Part shown: positions 29,668 to 39,737 of the stretch, piece by piece
Position numbering within the stretch: the first letter of the stretch is position 1
How the letters are laid out: each line of letters begins with the position of its first letter
Assembly (NCBI GenBank): GCA_964540055.1
Contig: CAZILC010000004.1
Location: 13,745-77,744 of the forward strand
Source: an uncultured Gammaproteobacteria bacterium
Lineage (GTDB): Bacteria > Patescibacteriota > Microgenomatia > Levybacterales > UBA12049
Direction of reading: 5' to 3'
Length of the DNA: 64,000 bases
Program-made: the position numbers and the translations under genes
Notes under the pieces: generated by a model
What the model saw: the letters and a program-made list of their open reading frames with translations, nothing else
Told to the model about the DNA's origin: nothing
Database searches by the model: none

Positions 29668-30546
29668 ATGAGAAAACAAAAAATACTTTTATTTGGTGGA
29701 AATGGTTTTTTAGGAAAGAAACTTATCAAGGAGTTAAAAAACAATTTTACTGTCGCTCCATCACACACTGAATTGGATTTACTACAAATTGATAAAGTAT
29801 ATGAATTAATTGATAAAACTATTCCTGATGTAATTATCTATACCGCTGGAATAACCAGAATTGATCAAGCAGAAGCAGATGAAAAACTTGCTTTTACTCT
29901 TAATGCAGAGATACCTGCAAAAATTTCACAATTTATTTCTCGCCAAAGAACATCATTTATCTATATTTCTTCAGATGCAGTATTTGATGGATATACAAAT
30001 AAATATATGTTTATCGAGACAGATAGACCAAAACCTAAAAGTATCTATGGAAAAAGTAAACAACAAGGTGAAGATAAAATTTTGAATAGTAACACAAATA
30101 ATACTGTAATCAGACTTATTACACTATTTGGATATGATAATATAAGGCAAAATTTTTTGACAAGAACTTTAACAGATTTGAAAAATAACAAAAAGATTTT
30201 TGGGATTATTGATCAGGTACAAAATCCCTTGTATGTTGAGGCAGCAGCACAGGCAATTTCATTCAGTATAAAAAAGCAATTATCAGGTATTTATCATTTC
30301 GGTTCCCTGGATTGGAATACTAATTATAATTTTATTACTAATCTCGCAGATGTATTTAGTTTAGATAAGAGTTTGATTGAAAGAATCTCTTTTAAAGATT
30401 TTATGAGGACAAGAAATGGATACAGAAAAAAAAAGAGTGTTTTGTTATGTGAAAAATTCAAAAGTATTTCTGATAATAAAATTCTTATAACTACAAATGA
30501 ATCTTTTGAGTTATTATATAAGGAATATAAAAAAATTACTCAATGA
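29668..30546 (+). CDS. RmlD-like NDP-4-ketosugar reductase (dTDP-4-dehydrorhamnose reductase family)
   Basis: Motifs are KILLFGGNGFLGKKL, SSDAVFDG and YGKSKQQGE (YxxxK). Confidence 0.65.
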   Translation: MRKQKILLFGGNGFLGKKLIKELKNNFTVAPSHTELDLLQIDKVYELIDKTIPDVIIYTAGITRIDQAEADEKLAFTLNAEIPAKISQFISRQRTSFIYISSDAVFDGYTNKYMFIETDRPKPKSIYGKSKQQGEDKILNSNTNNTVIRLITLFGYDNIRQNFLTRTLTDLKNNKKIFGIIDQVQNPLYVEAAAQAISFSIKKQLSGIYHFGSLDWNTNYNFITNLADVFSLDKSLIERISFKDFMRTRNGYRKKKSVLLCEKFKSISDNKILITTNESFELLYKEYKKITQ

Positions 30547-31804
30547 TTTTGGGGACTGGTAATGGTTTGATAAATTTCCCTTTAAATCCTTTCTCTTTTA
30601 ATTTGGTAATTAATTCATCTGCGATATGCCATGAAAGAAGAAATGCATATTCTGGTTGATCTTCGATCAACTTATCCTCATTGAGTACAGGTATGATTGT
30701 CCCCGGAATATAATGACCTATTTTATGTGAACCCTTAATTTCAACAACTGCATCAATTATTCCATCATCTAGTCCGAGATAATTTATCAAAGTCGTGCCG
30801 CGAGAAGGTGCACTAATACCATAAATTTTCTCTCCTTTTAATTTAATATTGCCCAGTAATTTATATAATCGTAATTTTGAATCTATGACATTTTTCCTAA
30901 ACACAGCAAAAGACTTTGTATCTGTTACTGCTGATTTCTCCTTTTTAAGAAGTTTTTGTACGGTTTTTTGAATAGGATATAATCCTTTTTTTGCCGAATA
31001 CACGCGTATTGAACCACCATGTGAAGGAATTTCTTTAGCATGAAAAACCTCTAAACCATGTAATTTAAGAAGATAAATTAAGCTATGGAGTGAATAGTAG
31101 CGTAAATGTTCATGATAGATAGTATCATATTGCACATTAGTGATAAAGGGTAAAAGGTAATGAGATTCACTTATAAACACCCCATCTTTTTCAAGAAGAG
31201 AAACAATATTTTCAATCACTTCGTGAATATTTTCCATGTGTGCAAAAACATTGGTAGCGGTGATAATCTTTGCCTTTCCATACTTTTCTTTAACGGCTTT
31301 CGTTGTGCTTTTATTAAAATACTCAAGAATTGTCGGTATCCCTTGTTTGATGGCCAATTTTCCGATATCCTCAGGTGTTATCCCTAAAACAATATGATTT
31401 TCTTTAAAATTTTTTAACAGATTGCCATCATTTGATCCGATATCGATAACGAGATCATCTTTTTTTAGATTAATCAATTTTGTACTTTCCGTATAAAGCT
31501 CTGCGAAATTTTCTCTTAAAACTTTGGTCGTACTACTAGTGTAAGGATAACTTTCAGAAAATAATATTTTTGGATCTACGATAAGACCAATCTGGACAAG
31601 TTTGCACTTACTACAAAAAAGTAATTCTGCCGGGTAACTTGGTTGTTCATGCGGTTTTGTGCCGATTTTTGGCATTGTATTCACTGGAGGCATGTATCCT
31701 AAAAAAATTATAGATTTAAGTTTTGGATTTTGACAAGTTTGACAAGAAGTAACAACGATAGCTGTATTTGATCCGAACGCTCGTGGTAAAATATCTTTCA
31801 TCAA
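30536..31804 (-). CDS. NDP-ketosugar C-methyltransferase, paralog 3 of 3
   Basis: Motifs are CQTC...CSKC, VIDIGSNDG, TATNVFAH and YHEHLRY. Confidence 0.7.
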   Translation of the reverse strand: MMKDILPRAFGSNTAIVVTSCQTCQNPKLKSIIFLGYMPPVNTMPKIGTKPHEQPSYPAELLFCSKCKLVQIGLIVDPKILFSESYPYTSSTTKVLRENFAELYTESTKLINLKKDDLVIDIGSNDGNLLKNFKENHIVLGITPEDIGKLAIKQGIPTILEYFNKSTTKAVKEKYGKAKIITATNVFAHMENIHEVIENIVSLLEKDGVFISESHYLLPFITNVQYDTIYHEHLRYYSLHSLIYLLKLHGLEVFHAKEIPSHGGSIRVYSAKKGLYPIQKTVQKLLKKEKSAVTDTKSFAVFRKNVIDSKLRLYKLLGNIKLKGEKIYGISAPSRGTTLINYLGLDDGIIDAVVEIKGSHKIGHYIPGTIIPVLNEDKLIEDQPEYAFLLSWHIADELITKLKEKGFKGKFIKPLPVPKIIE

Positions 31805-31828
31805 TTTCTTTTCTAGTTATACTATAAC

Positions 31829-32794
31829 TTATTCTTTTTGTCCAGATTGAATGTACCACTCGACTGTTTTTTTTAATCCTTCATCCAATGTAACATTTTC
31901 TTTGAATCCCAATTTTTTAATTTTTGTAATATCTGCTAGGCGTTTTGTCGTACTTCCTGGTTGTAGTTTGCCCGGTTGGATAGTAATAGTACAATTAAAA
32001 AGTTTTCCTATTTTTTGCGCTAACATTTTTGTCGTAGTTTCAATCTCTGTACCAACATTATAAATTTCTAAATGCTTTCCTTTCCTTAACAATAAATCAA
32101 TTCCGTCAATAAAATCATCAACATAGATATATGCTCTTGTTTCTTTTCCGGTTCCTTGTATAGGAAAAATAATTTTGTTTCCATTTATTTTCTTTAGTTC
32201 ATTCATTCGCAGACTAAACTGTGGTATTACATGCTCGCCGCCCATATCAGGACCATACACATTATGTGGTCTAAAAATTATAGCCCGTTTAAAGTGTTTT
32301 CTTCCATAATTAATTACCATCAGTTCACTGATAATTTTACCACCACCATAAGAAAACCGTGGATTGAGAGGATCAGGAATAATCATCGGAACATTTTCAG
32401 GTGTAGGAATAATAGGTGGTTCGTTATAAACTTCGGAACTTGATGCAAGAAATAATTCGGGTACTTTATATTTTATACATCCATCTAAAACATTTATCAT
32501 TCCTTTTACACCTACTTCCAAAACTAATTCCGGTTTGGAATAAAAGTATTCTGTTCCGTTGATGTAAGCCAAATGAAAAACTACGTCCTTATTTTTGCAT
32601 GCATTTATAATGCTTTCGGGATCCCTAATATCCCCTTTCAAAAATTCAATATCTTTGTGAATATTTTGTAGTCGGGATACTTTTCCACGATAGTCATTAT
32701 CAAAAATTGTTACGTTATACCCTTTTGATACGAGTTTATGAGTAAGCGCGCTTCCAAGAAAACCAGTACCTCCGGTTATTAATACATTTTTCAT
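31829..32794 (-). CDS. NAD-dependent nucleotide-sugar epimerase/dehydratase (extended SDR)
   Basis: Motifs are VLITGGTGFLGSAL, SSSEVY and YGGGK (YxxxK). Confidence 0.7.
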   Translation of the reverse strand: MKNVLITGGTGFLGSALTHKLVSKGYNVTIFDNDYRGKVSRLQNIHKDIEFLKGDIRDPESIINACKNKDVVFHLAYINGTEYFYSKPELVLEVGVKGMINVLDGCIKYKVPELFLASSSEVYNEPPIIPTPENVPMIIPDPLNPRFSYGGGKIISELMVINYGRKHFKRAIIFRPHNVYGPDMGGEHVIPQFSLRMNELKKINGNKIIFPIQGTGKETRAYIYVDDFIDGIDLLLRKGKHLEIYNVGTEIETTTKMLAQKIGKLFNCTITIQPGKLQPGSTTKRLADITKIKKLGFKENVTLDEGLKKTVEWYIQSGQKE

Positions 32795-32889
32795 AAATAT
32801 TTAACGGTATTATTAGAAATAATCGCTTAATCAGTTTCTCTATTTTATAAAACGTATTAGCAAATTTGTTGTTATGTTTAAAGCTTTTA

Positions 32890-33606
32890 TTATACTTTTT
32901 CAAATCTAACTTTTATAATTGTTTTAAGAAACGATATTCCATCTTTTATAGGCATCAATTTCGATTCGCCTTCAATTCTTTTTTTATATTCTATTGGTAC
33001 ATTAATTATTTTATATCCTTTTTTTGCGGCTTTTATTATTTCTTCTGCTTCATATCCATAATCATCTATGGTAATGTTTATATCTCTTAAAACGTTCGTC
33101 TTGAATGCCTTAAAACCAGCTAACATATCTGTAACACGTTGTCCGCATGCGATAGATGTAGCTAAAGACAAAAAATGAATGCCGAATTGACGAAGAGGTG
33201 TTACTGAGTCATTCTCCATTTTTGCTCCTTTTTCAAACCTACTTGCTAATGCTACATCATAACCATCGACAAGAGATTTTATAAGTTTTGGGATATCTCT
33301 CGGCAAAAACTGATAATCTGCGTCTATCTGTACAACGTAGTCACCCTTTATATATTTTTGAGCTAAACGTAGAGCAGCTCCCTTCCCTTTCCATTTCCCC
33401 GTATGGATAACTTTTGCCCCAGCTTTTTCTGCTACTTCTTTAGTAGCATCGGTTGTCTTACTATCTATTACAACAAAAATTTCTGTTTTTAGATTTTTTA
33501 GACTGATACATTCCTTAACGACTTTTGTAATATTTTTTTCTTCATTAAGCGCGGCAATTAGTATTGTGACAAATGGAGATTTACTTGTTTGTTTTTTAAT
33601 ACTCAT
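32890..33606 (-). CDS. Short GT2 (DPM1/ArnC/GtrB-like polyprenyl-phosphate sugar synthase candidate)
   Basis: 238 aa with VTILIAALNEEKNI and QIDADYQ (DxD). There is no TM tail. Confidence 0.6.
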   Translation of the reverse strand: MSIKKQTSKSPFVTILIAALNEEKNITKVVKECISLKNLKTEIFVVIDSKTTDATKEVAEKAGAKVIHTGKWKGKGAALRLAQKYIKGDYVVQIDADYQFLPRDIPKLIKSLVDGYDVALASRFEKGAKMENDSVTPLRQFGIHFLSLATSIACGQRVTDMLAGFKAFKTNVLRDINITIDDYGYEAEEIIKAAKKGYKIINVPIEYKKRIEGESKLMPIKDGISFLKTIIKVRFEKV

Positions 33607-33766
33607 ATATAATTTCCATTATAACAGAGGAAATTAATTTGAACAATAAAAATAAATACACTGTATTTATTCTTTTTTTAACAGGTATCATTATGACAAC
33701 CATTTCTGTTAGCCCCGGAGATAAAATTTACTACTGTTATCATTTCATTAAAGTATAAAAAAACCC

Positions 33767-34252
33767 ATGAAAACAAAATATTATTCATTACTACAAAAAT
33801 TATTTTGGATAACTATCGCAGCATGGATTATTATCGCGAGTATAAGATTCTTTTATAATATGTCAAAAGTTATTACAGAAGAAAACGCTTGGATTTATTT
33901 AAAACCAGAAGAAAAAAGAATTAAGCTCTACGGTAACCTTGAACCTATATACGTAAAATTAAATACCATTACAAATAACTCAGATTGTGTCTCTCTTATT
34001 ACATTCGATGATACACCTTATTTTTTTCTACGCTATCAACTCTATCCGAAACATATTTATTGGATAAATAATATTGATCATGCAATTAATACTCCTCCTC
34101 ACCCGTGCAGATTTATTTTACTCTATAATGCAAAACCGGATAAAAATACTGATAGATATTTGAATGAGTGGAATAAACATCCCAGAAAAATAGTTATCTT
34201 TTCAAATGCACAAACAAAAGAACAACCATCTGCGCTTTATCAAATAAAGTAA
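33767..34252 (+). CDS. Hypothetical protein with a single N-terminal TM anchor
   Basis: 161 aa with one hydrophobic span, LFWITIAAWIIIASI. It is the first gene of a plus-strand operon. Confidence 0.4.
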   Translation: MKTKYYSLLQKLFWITIAAWIIIASIRFFYNMSKVITEENAWIYLKPEEKRIKLYGNLEPIYVKLNTITNNSDCVSLITFDDTPYFFLRYQLYPKHIYWINNIDHAINTPPHPCRFILLYNAKPDKNTDRYLNEWNKHPRKIVIFSNAQTKEQPSALYQIK

Positions 34253-34253
34253 T

Positions 34254-35564
34254 ATGTTTTTACTATTTCTTATACCATTATTATTTATATTGTTTGTCGG
34301 CTTTACAATTATTGCAGCAGCGAACGAACTTCGGGATAATCCTTTCTTAAAAACTATCGCTTTATCATATGGTGCAGGAGTTGGCGCAATTGCAATGCAG
34401 ATGATGCTTTATTCATTTTTTGCTATCCCATGGTCAAGTTATTCAATACTTTTACCTTGGGTAGGTCTTCTTATTTTTGCTTGTCTAAAACACGGGAAAA
34501 TTCAAATACATTTTTCAAAATATAAAATAACTTCTCATCCGATAGAAAAACTTTTGATTCTCGGTATTCTCTTAACAATAGCTTTTGTAATAATTGAATC
34601 GCTACTTAGACCACTCAGCGCTTTCGATGCTTGGGCAAACTGGTTTATATCGGGAAAAGCATATTATCTGAGCGGACATATTGACCCACAATATGTTAAA
34701 TACGCAAATAATTCAAACGCTCCTGTTCTTAATTTATTGGTTGCTTTTATTTACCAAACTATCGGTCAAGCAAATGAGCAAATAGCTATGCTCTTTTTTA
34801 CATTTTTTTATGTTAGTCAAATTATTATCTTTTTCTTTACCGCAAAATATTATATGTCGACAAAAAGAGCTCTCTTATTTACATTTCTTCTTGCGACAAC
34901 TGAAAATCTTATCCGTCATGGCGGACGATATGATGTTGGCTATGGAGACTTGCCTCTTGGATATTTTATTTTCTGTGCGGTTGTATACCTATTAGAAATA
35001 ACTAAAACAAAATCCGTAAAAAAGCTACTCCTTTTCAATCTTTTTATTACAGCAGCAGCACTTATTAAAAGTGAAGGTATACCAATTTATATTATTACCC
35101 AATTAGTTGTCTTGTATTTAATGAGCAAGAACAAAAAAAACTATTTTACTTTTGGAGGAAGCGCTCTTTTAGTATTATCCTGGTATATTTTTTCCTACAT
35201 CTACCATCTCCCAGAAAATCCATTTATTCAGTCAAGTATAAAACTCTACAGGGTCCCTTCTGTCTTTTACTATATGATTAAAGAATTTTTTAACATAGGC
35301 AGATGGAATTTACTTTGGATAGGATTTCTCGTAAGCCTTCCTTTTATAAAAAATAAATACATTTCAAAGATATTGAGCATCATAATTTTATTACAATTAT
35401 CTGTGTATTTTCTCGTTTATCTCATGACACCTATACCAGTTGCGCAACATATTCCGAATTCTTTTGACCGGCTCTTATTGCAAATTGCACCTTTGGCTAT
35501 GCTATTGATCAGCACTGTGGTAACTACCAACAATAATAAAGAAGGTAGAATTAATCGTAAATAA
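34254..35564 (+). CDS. Polytopic membrane protein (GT-C-like candidate)
   Basis: 436 aa with about 11 TM and the loop motif SAFDAWANWF. It starts 1 nt after the upstream stop. Confidence 0.35.
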   Translation: MFLLFLIPLLFILFVGFTIIAAANELRDNPFLKTIALSYGAGVGAIAMQMMLYSFFAIPWSSYSILLPWVGLLIFACLKHGKIQIHFSKYKITSHPIEKLLILGILLTIAFVIIESLLRPLSAFDAWANWFISGKAYYLSGHIDPQYVKYANNSNAPVLNLLVAFIYQTIGQANEQIAMLFFTFFYVSQIIIFFFTAKYYMSTKRALLFTFLLATTENLIRHGGRYDVGYGDLPLGYFIFCAVVYLLEITKTKSVKKLLLFNLFITAAALIKSEGIPIYIITQLVVLYLMSKNKKNYFTFGGSALLVLSWYIFSYIYHLPENPFIQSSIKLYRVPSVFYYMIKEFFNIGRWNLLWIGFLVSLPFIKNKYISKILSIIILLQLSVYFLVYLMTPIPVAQHIPNSFDRLLLQIAPLAMLLISTVVTTNNNKEGRINRK

Positions 35565-35669
35565 TATCAATTTACTAAAATAATTCGTGTCTTTTTTTAA
35601 CCACAATAAGTTGATACTATTAAGCGAAAATATTAAAATACTAATTCAATTATTTCGTTTTAACGTCAT

Positions 35670-37232
35670 ATGTATAAAACTTCATTATTTAAAAAAAATT
35701 ATATAATTATTTTATTACTGATCATATTTTCGTTTTGTTTTGTTGCGATTAATATTGGTGGCCAAGGTTACAGTCTTGATGAACCTCAAACTGTTGGCGT
35801 CGCGAGAACTATTTTAACTTTTGGCTATCCTTCTCCTGGCGATGGGAGAAATATTTTTGCAGATTTTCCAAGTCAATATAATAAAATACACGGTATGTAT
35901 TTCTGGACATGGCATCCTTGGCTTCAGTTTTATCTGATCGCTCCAATGTATGCGTTTTTTGGGAACAATGTCGGAATGCTGCGTCTTCCCTTTGTTATTT
36001 TCGGAGCGCTTACTGTCGGCTTGTTATACATTGTCTCTAAAGATCTTTTTAACAATAAATTCGTTGCCTTATTGATTAGTCTGCAATTGGTATTCCTTCT
36101 TCCTTTTTTCCTCTATGTCCGTCAAACCCATTATTATAGTCCAACCACATTTTTTTCTTTGTTATTATTATGGCTTACTTTCAAGAGTGTTAAAACTTCA
36201 TTTAATAAAAAACTATTCCTTTGGATAACTATTGTAGGATTACTGCTTTTTCAATCCAATACTCTTGTATGGTTGAGCGATATGATACTTCTGTTTATTT
36301 TAGCTTGTTGGAAAAAACGGGTATCATATTTTGTACTTTCAGCAATTCAAGGATTATTTGGTTATATATGGTTTCAAATATTTCAACCATACGGAGGTCA
36401 TCCAATGGATGCATATTTAGGACACCCCAATTTGTTAAAGACAATTTTTCTTAACTTATCATACACAAATAATTTTATTTTCCCTGCAATTCTGGGAATT
36501 TTAAGCTTCTTTGCCGCAAAAAAACTTTCTCGAATACGATTATTTTATTTACTGGTCACTGTTATTGCGACAAAAATATTTATTTATTCAGTAATAGTTG
36601 ACCCTCACGGAAGATTTTTGGTCGACATAATGCCACTATGTTTACTTTTGTGTGGATTTGTATATAGCTTTCTGTTACAAGCGCGACTTGGTTTTTTGGC
36701 AATATTACTTTTCTTCTTCATAACCACAACCAATACTCTTTCACTTATTCCTGTCTACATTCTTAATTCGCATGAAAGAATATTCAGATTTTATCCGGAG
36801 GAATTTATGTCAGAATTTACAGCAACCACTCAATATGAATCAGTTCAAATTGCCAATTATATTTCAAAACATGCACATAAGGGTGATATCTTTTGGGCCA
36901 ATATGTATACCTTGCCAATTGAACTTTATACGAGTGTCCCGACGCTTGACCCAATGTGCGACAAGCAAACAGACAAATTTACAGGACTTTCTTCTTTTAA
37001 AGATCCAACTAAAGTGCGTTGGTACTTTTTTGATGATTATTTTTCATCTTCTTTAACCTCTACGCCATGTCTAGGAAAGAAATGGGAAGAATATCTAACA
37101 AAAAACTACACGAAAAAAACATTCCGGCTTGACGCAGAAATATATCGAATCAATGATACGGATATTGTCAACAGATCCTTTCCCCCAATAAAGCAACCAG
37201 AGAATTCAGTAATTATCTATGAAAAAAAATGA
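35670..37232 (+). CDS. GT-C (ArnT/PMT_2-like, GT39/GT83-type) membrane glycosyltransferase candidate
   Basis: 520 aa. It has the first-loop motif GQGYSLDEPQTVGVARTIL (the DE motif of ArnT-like enzymes), about 11 TM and a soluble C-terminal domain. Confidence 0.5.
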   Translation: MYKTSLFKKNYIIILLLIIFSFCFVAINIGGQGYSLDEPQTVGVARTILTFGYPSPGDGRNIFADFPSQYNKIHGMYFWTWHPWLQFYLIAPMYAFFGNNVGMLRLPFVIFGALTVGLLYIVSKDLFNNKFVALLISLQLVFLLPFFLYVRQTHYYSPTTFFSLLLLWLTFKSVKTSFNKKLFLWITIVGLLLFQSNTLVWLSDMILLFILACWKKRVSYFVLSAIQGLFGYIWFQIFQPYGGHPMDAYLGHPNLLKTIFLNLSYTNNFIFPAILGILSFFAAKKLSRIRLFYLLVTVIATKIFIYSVIVDPHGRFLVDIMPLCLLLCGFVYSFLLQARLGFLAILLFFFITTTNTLSLIPVYILNSHERIFRFYPEEFMSEFTATTQYESVQIANYISKHAHKGDIFWANMYTLPIELYTSVPTLDPMCDKQTDKFTGLSSFKDPTKVRWYFFDDYFSSSLTSTPCLGKKWEEYLTKNYTKKTFRLDAEIYRINDTDIVNRSFPPIKQPENSVIIYEKK

Positions 37233-37333
37233 AACAATGACCTATTTTAAAATTTTTAAGATCTTTCATCTAGATATGATATACTCAAATTTAAATTATT
37301 GCTTAGTTTAAAAATTTTGCATTTATTAAAATA

Positions 37334-37921
37334 ATGCTTACCATAAAAAAAATTTCAGAAGAAACAATTAAGATACGGAGTCGTTTAGTTGTCGGAGTTT
37401 ATCAATCTTGGGTTAAAAAACGAAGCAAAGTTTTAGATGTGGGTTGTGGAAATGCCGTGTTATCAAATATTCTCAGAAATGAACTCACAATTTCTCTCAC
37501 GGGCTGTGATATAGAAAAATATATTAAAAAAGACATTCCTTTTGTACTATTAAAGAACCCCACTATACTGCCTTTTGAGAACAATTCTTTTGATATTGTA
37601 ATGTTCAACGATATGTTACATCATACGAGTTATGCTAATCAAAAAAAACTACTTAAAGAAGGACTACGAGTTTCAAATAAAGTATTAATTTATGAAGATG
37701 AGCCTAACTTAATCGAAACAATAGTAGATTGGGGCATCAACAAAATTCATAACAGGCATATGCCTGTTATTTTAAGCTTTCGCAAACCAGCAGAATGGAT
37801 TAAGCTATTTACGGAACTTGAGTTAACATATGAATATAAAAAAGTACCAAAGCATTTTTTCTATCCACTTATTCATGAAGCATTTTGTGTATCGAAAAAA
37901 ATAAAAAATAAAAGGAGTTAA
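37334..37921 (+). CDS. Class I SAM-dependent methyltransferase
   Basis: VLDVGCGNAVLS is motif I and FDIVMFNDMLHH is post-I/III. Confidence 0.6.
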   Translation: MLTIKKISEETIKIRSRLVVGVYQSWVKKRSKVLDVGCGNAVLSNILRNELTISLTGCDIEKYIKKDIPFVLLKNPTILPFENNSFDIVMFNDMLHHTSYANQKKLLKEGLRVSNKVLIYEDEPNLIETIVDWGINKIHNRHMPVILSFRKPAEWIKLFTELELTYEYKKVPKHFFYPLIHEAFCVSKKIKNKRS

Positions 37922-37964
37922 TTTTTTTGTCAATGTTTATATTGTACAGTACAATTTATCGCAT

Positions 37965-39737
37965 ATGAATGGTCCATTCTGGATGGTTTTTGTTAATGTA
38001 CTTGCCTCAATTACTTTACTTGCCGGTTGTCTTATTTTTCGTTTTATTTATCCTAAAAAAAAGATCCATCTTTTTTATCTACTTATTCTGATCAGTCTGT
38101 TACCACTTATTAGCATTCTCAGAACTGGGGTTTACGAAAGTGGAGACTTTACTACACACGTGATGGAAGAAATGTCTTTTTATCAGGCTCTGCAGCATGG
38201 AGAATTTATTCCCAGATGGGCAGGAGAGATGAATGCAACCTATGGCTATCCGGCATTTATTTTTACCTATCCGCTACCGTTCTATCTTATGGCTGTTTTT
38301 CATACAATTGGCTTTTCGTTTATCACAAGTGTGAAATTGCTTTTGGCAGCGTCTTTCTTTTTTTCAGGAATTTTTATGTATCTTTTTTTGAAAAAGGAAG
38401 TTTCAAAAATGGCAGCATTCGTGGGTAGCGTATTTTATTTATTTGCTCCCTATCATTTAATTGACTTGCATTTTCGGGCTGATGTTGGTGAGGTACTGGC
38501 TTTTGTTTTTTTCCCATTAACACTTTTTGCCGCAAAAAGTCTTATACATTCGAAATCGTTGAAATGGTTTTTTCTTGAGATTATTTCATATTCTTTACTG
38601 CTGCTTTCTCATCCCGCGCTTTCTTTTGTAGGATTTGTAATAGTGCCATTGTATACTGCAGTTTTTATCATTAATCAAAAAAAAGGGTGGAAAATACTTA
38701 TTCTCCAGCAAATTTTGTGTGTAATATCCGCTCTTTTGTTAACGACATTTTATTGGTATCCCATTCTCAACGAATTACCATTTACCCACTCACATGTATT
38801 TGAACATACAGTTACATTCATAAAGCCTACTGAATTACTGTTTTCGCCCTGGCGATTTGGGTTGTTATTCCAAGGACACAAAGGAGAGCTATCATTTCTG
38901 CTGGGTTATGCGCAATTACTTATTCTCCTTTTTGCGATAATACTTCTTTTCAAAAAACGCATTCACGAAAAAGAAAAAAAATTATTACTTATATCATTAC
39001 TTATTACATTTTTTGCAATTTTTATGGCGCTTAATATTTCAAAGCCGCTTTGGACCAATATTCCATTTATTATGAGTTTCCAATATTCTTATCGTTTTTT
39101 GGGAATTATTATTGTATCTGTCTCAATTGTTGCGGCGATTGTGGCTAACAATATAAAAAAGAAATGGTTAATTATTTTTCTTTGCTTCATTGCCATTTTC
39201 CAAACTATTCTTAATTGGGGGAACAGAAAAGTATTACCAAATGTTAATGATACAATAGTTCAAAGTGAAATCCCGTTTATTGCGTTTAAGGGATCCCCTT
39301 TGGCTCAGGCAATTACTGTCTGGTCAGATAGCAAATATCCCTGGGCAACCACAATTCCAACACGGCATCTTGAGATTATAAAAGGAATAGGAACAATAAA
39401 AGATTTAGAAAGAACCAACATTGAACATGAGTATATAGTGGAAGCAAACATACCTCTCACAGTGCGAGAAAATACGCTTTATTTTCCTGGCTGGACTGCT
39501 TATATTGACTATAAACAACAACCTATTCATATTCTCACAAAATCTAAACCAAAGGGGTTAATTTCTTTTACAATACCTCATGGATTACATAAGATAACAG
39601 TCACTTTTTCAGATACAGTTGCAGTTAGTTTAGGCAAAATTATTAGCGCGACTTCTGTAGTACTTCTGCTTTTCAGTACTATTTTTTATAATTTTTTAAA
39701 ACGAAGAACTTTGCTTTTTATAAAATCTAAAAAGTAA
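37965..39737 (+). CDS. YfhO / 'PTPS-related'-type GT-C-like membrane protein, paralog 2 of 3
   Basis: 590 aa with ESGDFTTH, YLFAPYHLIDLHFRADVGEV and C-terminal ENTLYFPGW. Confidence 0.55.
   Translation: MNGPFWMVFVNVLASITLLAGCLIFRFIYPKKKIHLFYLLILISLLPLISILRTGVYESGDFTTHVMEEMSFYQALQHGEFIPRWAGEMNATYGYPAFIFTYPLPFYLMAVFHTIGFSFITSVKLLLAASFFFSGIFMYLFLKKEVSKMAAFVGSVFYLFAPYHLIDLHFRADVGEVLAFVFFPLTLFAAKSLIHSKSLKWFFLEIISYSLLLLSHPALSFVGFVIVPLYTAVFIINQKKGWKILILQQILCVISALLLTTFYWYPILNELPFTHSHVFEHTVTFIKPTELLFSPWRFGLLFQGHKGELSFLLGYAQLLILLFAIILLFKKRIHEKEKKLLLISLLITFFAIFMALNISKPLWTNIPFIMSFQYSYRFLGIIIVSVSIVAAIVANNIKKKWLIIFLCFIAIFQTILNWGNRKVLPNVNDTIVQSEIPFIAFKGSPLAQAITVWSDSKYPWATTIPTRHLEIIKGIGTIKDLERTNIEHEYIVEANIPLTVRENTLYFPGWTAYIDYKQQPIHILTKSKPKGLISFTIPHGLHKITVTFSDTVAVSLGKIISATSVVLLLFSTIFYNFLKRRTLLFIKSKK

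Noticed and set aside
33691-33756. A 21-codon ORF (MTTISVSPGDKIYYCYHFIKV) in the 160-nt spacer upstream of 33767.
   Set aside because: It is too short, has no promoter or coupling evidence, and has no recognisable peptide class. It is most likely random.
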